A stretch of DNA of 64,000 bases. Source: Spirochaetota bacterium (lineage in GTDB: Bacteria > Spirochaetota > UBA4802 > JAFGDQ01). Shown here one piece after another: positions 60,460 through 64,000 of the stretch. The notes under the pieces were generated by a model, which saw only the letters and a program-made list of their open reading frames with translations, did no database searches and was not told where the DNA came from. Numbering within the stretch: the stretch's first letter is position 1; every line of letters starts with the position of its first letter. The stretch is taken from positions 1 through 64,000 of the forward strand of contig JAZDKB010000047.1 in the NCBI GenBank assembly GCA_043803405.1, given 5' to 3'. Position numbers and translations under genes: made by a program.

Positions 60460-60710
60460 ATGAGCCTCCGGGTCGCTTAGGAGAGCCTCGGAGGTGGTCG
60501 GGAGCGTCTCCGAGGCTCTCCGGAATGTTAATTGCCACTAAAGAGTGTCTCCGAGTCACTCCGGAGTGTGATTTTCACACTAAAGAGTGTGTCCGAGACA
60601 CTTCGGAGTGTGAATTTGCCATTAAAGAGCGTCTCCGAGACACTCCGGAGTGTGATTTTCTCTCTAAAGAGTGTTTCCGGGACACTCTTTAGAGCCTTTT
60701 TGCTCTAAAT
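60460..60710. repeat. 21/42-bp periodic palindromic array
   Basis: TAAAGAG at 60539, 60581, 60623, 60665; A units GAGTGTCTCCGAGACACTCCG alternate with B units GAGTGTGATTTTCACACTAAA. Confidence 0.9.
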
Positions 60711-60717
60711 TAGCCCT

Positions 60718-61830
60718 TTACCACACAACGCCCGCAGTTAAACCGACTGCGAATGCGTTATCGAACGGGTAGATTATTACAGGAACGTCTATCTTTACTG
60801 CCCAGATGTTTAAGCCAACGCCTGTTGTAATTCGTTCGCGTACCCAGGATGGCTTCTTGTTTTTTGTAGTTGCATCGACTGTATAATTACCCGGTGTAAC
60901 AGTAGGAGCTCCAGCTCCACTTAAATTAGCAGAGACACTTCCATCTGATTCTAATTTTATATCTGTTGATCCAAAGTTTAAGTCAACACCTAGACCGAGA
61001 TTAAAATTAAGCGCCCATAACACTCGTACAGATGTTGTTACGTCAAAAGGAATGGAGTATGTATGCGATTCAACCCCAATAAGAAAAGAGGGATTTAAAA
61101 CTACATTTCCTGTGATTGGTCCTACCGGAGTAATATCTTCCTGAATAGGATCCATATCGATTTTAAGATCAGTTTTATTATAACTATAAATAAAGCCAGT
61201 CCCAAATGATATTCCACGCCATTTAAATAATCCTGCCAAAAATGAAGTTGTTTTAATCCAGGAATAATTAGCTCCAATGCCAACTAAAGTAGTTTTTGTA
61301 GATAGGCCATCAACCAGAGAACTATTTGAAAAATAACCGAATTTCGCATTTAAATAAAGATTGGGATAGATAAATCCTGCGTTAATGCCAACATTTAACA
61401 ATGCAAGGCTTGCGCCAACCCCTGCGTATAAGTCACCATCTTTTTCAACTTTTTTATCTAAGTTTTCGTAATAATCTTTATCATGACTAGGAAGTTGAGC
61501 ACCTACCATTGCGCCTGCTGTAACTGCAAATAATTTATAATCCTGGTACCCCTGAAGAGTACCAGCTTGCCCTGCATAAGCGTTTGCGTTTGCGAATCCT
61601 TTTGCTAAATCAGGCAGGTCGCTGTATTTAAATAATTCATTATATGCTCTATCTATTGCGTCATTGAATTGTAGTTGTAACTCATCATTAACAGTTGTAT
61701 TACTTGTAGTTGGTGGGTTACCGCCTACTGTTAAACCGCCTCCACTTACAGTATACGTATAAGCCTCTACTGTACTAATAGAAAACCAAAGAACCGAAAT
61801 AACTATAAGAATCTTTACCAAACTCTTCAT
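60718..61830 (-). CDS. Probable outer-membrane beta-barrel, Lsa36-like paralogue A
   Basis: Start MKSLVK after GGAGGA; signal peptide (VEA); C-terminal GLTAGVVW. Confidence 0.72.
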   Translation of the reverse strand: MKSLVKILIVISVLWFSISTVEAYTYTVSGGGLTVGGNPPTTSNTTVNDELQLQFNDAIDRAYNELFKYSDLPDLAKGFANANAYAGQAGTLQGYQDYKLFAVTAGAMVGAQLPSHDKDYYENLDKKVEKDGDLYAGVGASLALLNVGINAGFIYPNLYLNAKFGYFSNSSLVDGLSTKTTLVGIGANYSWIKTTSFLAGLFKWRGISFGTGFIYSYNKTDLKIDMDPIQEDITPVGPITGNVVLNPSFLIGVESHTYSIPFDVTTSVRVLWALNFNLGLGVDLNFGSTDIKLESDGSVSANLSGAGAPTVTPGNYTVDATTKNKKPSWVRERITTGVGLNIWAVKIDVPVIIYPFDNAFAVGLTAGVVW

Positions 61831-62018
61831 AAATTCCTCCTGTTTAATAAAATAAAACATCTTTCTATTATATAATTTATTGGCCTGATAATCAAATAAT
61901 ACAAGAAAAAAATTATAATATTACTTTACTTGTATTTATTTTATTATAACTTATGGGAAATATTTCAATAATTATTTTAAGTGCATTGTTAAATATCATC
62001 AGGAATAAAAGTTAAATA

Positions 62019-64000
62019 ATGCTTAAATCGCTCTTTATTTCACTTCTGCCTGTACCGGTCTTTTATTTAATATATTATCGTCATTTTATCGGCTACTACC
62101 GCTCGGAAGGAAAAAAAGCTGCGTATCTTAAACATCTGGAAGCGTTTCTTTCCGGAGCGGCTGTCGCGCTCGCGATCGTTTTGTTTTCATCATACCTTGA
62201 AAAAATATTCCCATCCTCATCAATTATTTACGAAGCGTTCATAAAAGCCGCATTAATCGAGAAAGCCGGAGCCTTTGTGATTATTTTTATTATACAGAGG
62301 AATTATCCGGGCTTCAATATGCTCGAAGCTGTCGTATCCGGGATACTTGTTGGTACAGGCTTTTCCCTGGTCGAGAACGTTTTATACAGTCTTAATTACG
62401 GGAATTCCGTAATACTGCCTAGAGTTTTATTCTCTGCCCCTTTGCACATAACAACATGCGGATTAATAGGATATTTTACAGGCCTTTTTAATTTGAGTTC
62501 AACGGGATTATACCGTATCTCGAATATTTTAAAAGCGCTGATATTTCCTTTTATTTTACACGGACTGTATGATGTATTGCTCCTGAACGGCGGATCGGTA
62601 TTATACCTGGTAGGTCCCATAATAATAGCAATTGCGGGAATACTGGAGCTTTATATTTCCTGGTCCAAGGTCGTTCCTTCGCGCGAAGCGCTTGCTCTGC
62701 AGAATCTCCGGTTTGAGGACTGGAAACTGAAACAAAGGCAGCCGCGCTACGAAAGATGGATACTTAATTCAATGGGAACTTCCTCCAGCGTTATTGTGCC
62801 GTTCTTTTCGCCTTACCGCGGAAAGCTGCTTTGGACTTTTGTGATCATCTTTTTTGCCGCAGGCGGAATATTCTTTCCGCTAAGGCACGAGATTGCGGGG
62901 CTGATAGGCAACCTTAAACCGGAGGAGGAAATACTGATCGCATCCATATTTCCCGTTTCAATAGGATTTATTCTGTCTATTGTCGGAAGCGTAAACTCAA
63001 AATTTTTTACCAGCAGCGTTGTGAGCCTTCCGGTTATTTTTGATGTTGTGATGCGGGATAAAGATTCCGAGCAGTATTTTGCTACTTTTGATATCACGCA
63101 TGCAAATGCTTTTTTAATAACATTTGAACCAATAAATTTCGCTAATGGTGCCGAACTATATTTCGAAATGCCCGGTTTAAAATCGATAAACATAAAATTT
63201 AAAGTTATCTGGGAGAATCATCATAATAAAGAAGGAGAACCGGCCGGTTCTATTATTGAGATTTTAGATCCGGGGATAAAATTTTATTTATTTCTTATAA
63301 GATATTATCTTTTCAGGTTTAGAAAGGGTATAGTCTATAATCTTAAGCTTCCGGGGTTCCAGGCAATACGGCGGCTGTTCCTGCATCCATCCACAGTAAT
63401 GCAGAGGGAAATAATTTACAGGCCAGGTACAAGGGTATTCAGCCAGGGCGATGAAGTAAACACGTTTTATTACATAAAAAAAGGTAAGGTGGATATATAC
63501 AAGGAACTTGTCTCAGGTAAAAGGATACATATTGACACAATGGAGGCAGGGCAGATCTTTAATGAAATGGCCCTCCTTGGAGACAAGCGCAGATCCGTTA
63601 CCGCAGAATGTCAGACAGTGTGCATACTTGCGGAAGCGGACGTGGATAACCTGGAAGCCCTTATACGGTACAATCCGGACTTTGCCTGCGCCCTTGTAAA
63701 AAAACTGGCGCAGCGGGCTGACCAGACCCAGGAGTATTTAACGCAGACAATAGAATATCTTCAGAGCCTTGTTGAGATCAATACAAGGAAATCCCAGAAT
63801 GTATCGATCCTCCTTGCTTTAACGCTGGGCAATATTCCGCTTAAAGACAGAAAAAGCTTTGAATTTGAAGTAGATGCAGACGCAGTGTGCCGTGATTTAG
63901 ATTTGAAGCCAGCAGAAATAATCGATTATATAAATTCTTCATTATCCTTTAGAGAAAATAATCAGAACATGATCAGCGCCGCCAAAGCCGCTCAACTGGA
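62019..64000 (+). CDS. PrsW-family intramembrane protease fused to a cyclic-nucleotide-binding domain (3' end outside the window; missing from the ORF track)
   Basis: From ATG 62019: AALIEKAG, GFSLVENVLY, SAPLHITT, LHGLYD; later VFSQGDEVNTFYYIKKGKV...GQIFNEMALLGDKRRSVTA. Motif segments were translated by hand; the whole frame was not checked codon by codon. Confidence 0.85.
   Translation, partial: MLKSLFISLLPVPVFYLIYYRHFIGYYRSEGKKAAYLKHLEAFLSGAAVALAIVLFSSYLEKIFPSSSIIYEAFIKAALIEKAGAFVIIFIIQRNYPGFNMLEAVVSGILVGTGFSLVENVLYSLNYGNSVILPRVLFSAPLHITTCGLIGYFTGLFNLSSTGLYRISNILKALIFPFILHGLYDVLLLNGGSVLYLVGPIIIAIAGILELYISWSKVVPSREALALQNLRFEDWKLKQRQPRYERWILNSMGTSSSVIVPFFSPYRGKLLWTFVIIFFAAGGIFFPLRHEIAGLIGNLKPEEEILIASIFPVSIGFILSIVGSVNSKFFTSSVVSLPVIFDVVMRDKDSEQYFATFDITHANAFLITFEPINFANGAELYFEMPGLKSINIKFKVIWENHHNKEGEPAGSIIEILDPGIKFYLFLIRYYLFRFRKGIVYNLKLPGFQAIRRLFLHPSTVMQREIIYRPGTRVFSQGDEVNTFYYIKKGKVDIYKELVSGKRIHIDTMEAGQIFNEMALLGDKRRSVTAECQTVCILAEADVDNLEALIRYNPDFACALVKKLAQRADQTQEYLTQTIEYLQSLVEINTRKSQNVSILLALTLGNIPLKDRKSFEFEVDADAVCRDLDLKPAEIIDYINSSLSFRENNQNMISAAKAAQL

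Noticed and set aside
60460..60710. CRISPR array
   Set aside because: No unique spacers: the intervening B units are related to one another, the 42-bp period is too short, and there are no cas genes in the window.
62396..63699. Short ORFs 62396..62620, 62813..63193 and 63508..63699
   Set aside because: All lie within the long plus-strand PrsW-cNMP gene that the track missed because it lacks a stop inside the window.

Overview
A 64 kb AT-rich bacterial chromosome segment, most likely from a Spirochaetota lineage related to Leptospira. That assignment is inferred from spirochaete-type lipoboxes, an mfd + LipL31-like pair, Lsa36-like barrels and a PrsW-cNMP fusion; it is not database-verified. 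Main contents: (1) a FadR-controlled catabolic cluster at 4.2-17.1 kb (acyl-CoA ligase, TRAP transporter, three-subunit xanthine-oxidase-family Mo-hydroxylase with an embedded C2H2-type microprotein, acyl-CoA dehydrogenase), ending next to tRNA-His with a possible eroded integrase motif; (2) htpG; (3) an accessory stretch at 20-27 kb (M55 peptidase, beta-helix surface lipoprotein, an uncharacterised helical protein followed by a 21-bp periodic array, a nucleotidyltransferase two-gene module); (4) housekeeping and envelope genes (mfd, two Thr-type sulfatase-fold proteins, LpoB-like, RNase HI, recJ, STAS, WcaJ-like, tRNA-Arg, RND+TolC, ExbB/D, a protease/pseudoprotease pair, AsmA, two paralogous outer-membrane barrels, PrsW-cNMP running off the end). 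The most unusual signals are non-coding: two sequence-unrelated arrays sharing a 21-bp alternating A/B palindromic-unit architecture (24614-24908 and 60460-60710), two long-stem elements with covarying CAGGATG-loop hairpins (30770-30905 and 56063-56180), a nested MITE/REP family, and a pseudoknot-capable element at about 20.0 kb. All protein calls come from motif recognition only; no searches were run.
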